Below, in pieces: positions 63,291 to 64,000 of a stretch of DNA of 64,000 nucleotides. A model generated the notes under the pieces. It searched no databases and was not told the origin of the DNA. It saw only the letters and a program-made list of their open reading frames with translations. The translations under genes were made by a program, and so were the position numbers. Positions within the stretch are counted from its first letter, which is position 1; every line of letters begins with the position of its first letter. Origin of the DNA: Eledone cirrhosa (taxonomy: Eukaryota); assembly GCA_964016885.1 (NCBI GenBank), contig OZ024750.1, forward strand, positions 41,602,001 to 41,666,000, written 5' to 3'.

Positions 63291-64000
63291 TCAGCTGTGG
63301 TAGGGAGTAACAGACTCTACACCCCAGTCTAGAGGGTATATCTCAGCTGTGGTAGGGAGTGACAGACTCTACACTCCAGTCTAGGTGGTATATCTCAGCA
63401 GTGGTAGGGAGTGACAGACTCTACACCCCAGTCTAGTTGGTATATCTCAGTTGTGGTAGGGAGTGACAGATTCTACACCACAGTCTAGAGGGTATATCTC
63501 AGCTGTGGTAGGGAGTGGCAGACTCTACACCCCAGTCTAGGTGGTATATCTCAGCTGTGGTAGGGAGTGACAGACTCTACACCCCAGTCTAGGTGGTATA
63601 TCTCAGCTGTGGTATGGAGTGACAGACTCCACACCCCAGTCTAGGTGGTATATCTCAGCTGGGAGTGACAGACTCTACACCCCAGTCTAGAGGGTATATC
63701 TCAGCTGTAGTAAGGCGTGACAGACTCTACACCCCAGTCTAGGTGGTATATCTCAGCTGTGGTAGGGAGTGGCAGACTCTACACCCCAGTCAAGGTGGTA
63801 TATCTCAGCTGTGGTAGGGAGTGACAGACTCTACACCCCAGCCTAGGTGATATACCTCAGCTGTTGTAGAGAGTGACAGACTACACACCCCAGTCTAGGT
63901 GGTATATCTCAGCTGTGGTAGGGAGTGACAGACTCTACACCCCAGTCTAGGTGGTATATCTCAGCTGTGGCAGGGAGTGACAGACTCTGCACCCCAGTCT

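Larger units (their letters stand above)
1..64000. repeat. 52-bp monomer tandem satellite/minisatellite array, about 1,240 copies, single orientation, open at both window ends
   Basis: ATATCTCAGC starts at 1 and again at 53. The unit ATATCTCAGCTGTGGTAGGGAGTGACAGACTCTACACCCCAGTCTAGGTGGT, usually with 0-4 substitutions, continues to 64000 with no non-repeat interruption or reversed copy seen. Confidence 0.99.

Noticed and set aside
1-64000. CRISPR array
   Set aside because: There are no unique spacers, as the entire unit is repeated. No leader or cas genes are present.
1-64000. Tandem tRNA, 5S, snRNA or spliced-leader gene array, or a telomeric repeat
   Set aside because: The unit is too short and has no cloverleaf, A/B boxes or poly-T terminator. 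There is no TTAGGG-type short repeat; TAGGG occurs only once per 52 bp.
1-64000. G-quadruplex array
   Set aside because: Only one tract of three or more Gs occurs per monomer per strand, about 50 bp apart. At most weak two-tetrad forms are possible.
1-64000. Variant order as a functional code (diversity cassettes, DGR or antigenic variation, data storage)
   Set aside because: The order is explained by nested duplication of neutral variants. No recombinase, reverse transcriptase, expression site or coding target lies in the window.
1-64000. Assignment to a taxon or a named satellite such as alpha satellite, or a CENP-B box
   Set aside because: I recognise no diagnostic motif, and the CENP-B box needs CpGs that are absent here. 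A database search is required.

Overview
The whole 64 kb window is one uninterrupted, head-to-tail, single-orientation tandem array (satellite or very large minisatellite) of a 52-bp monomer. The consensus read by eye is ATATCTCAGCTGTGGTAGGGAGTGACAGACTCTACACCCCAGTCTAGGTGGT (27/52 G+C, no CpG). There are roughly 1,240 copies (64,000 / ~51.5, an estimate), and the array runs off both ends. I see no unique sequence, gene, RNA gene, transposon, CRISPR spacer or inversion. The supplied ORFs are by-products of the repeat. The real information is in the variant monomers: recurrent point variants plus 46-, 45- and 53-bp length variants form an ordered code. That code shows an old multi-monomer cassette recurring throughout, overprinted by nested in-register duplications (offsets 97, 150, 156, 312, 552, 618, 624, 923, ~1995, 2160, 3350, 3490, 4182, 4231 and 8230 bp). 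These include an emerging 42-monomer (2160-bp) higher-order repeat in the right third. I cannot name the repeat family or the organism; CpG depletion is compatible with a methylating eukaryote such as a vertebrate (inference). I found no evidence for a new gene system. Offsets were checked on marker variants; block boundaries are approximate (about one monomer).
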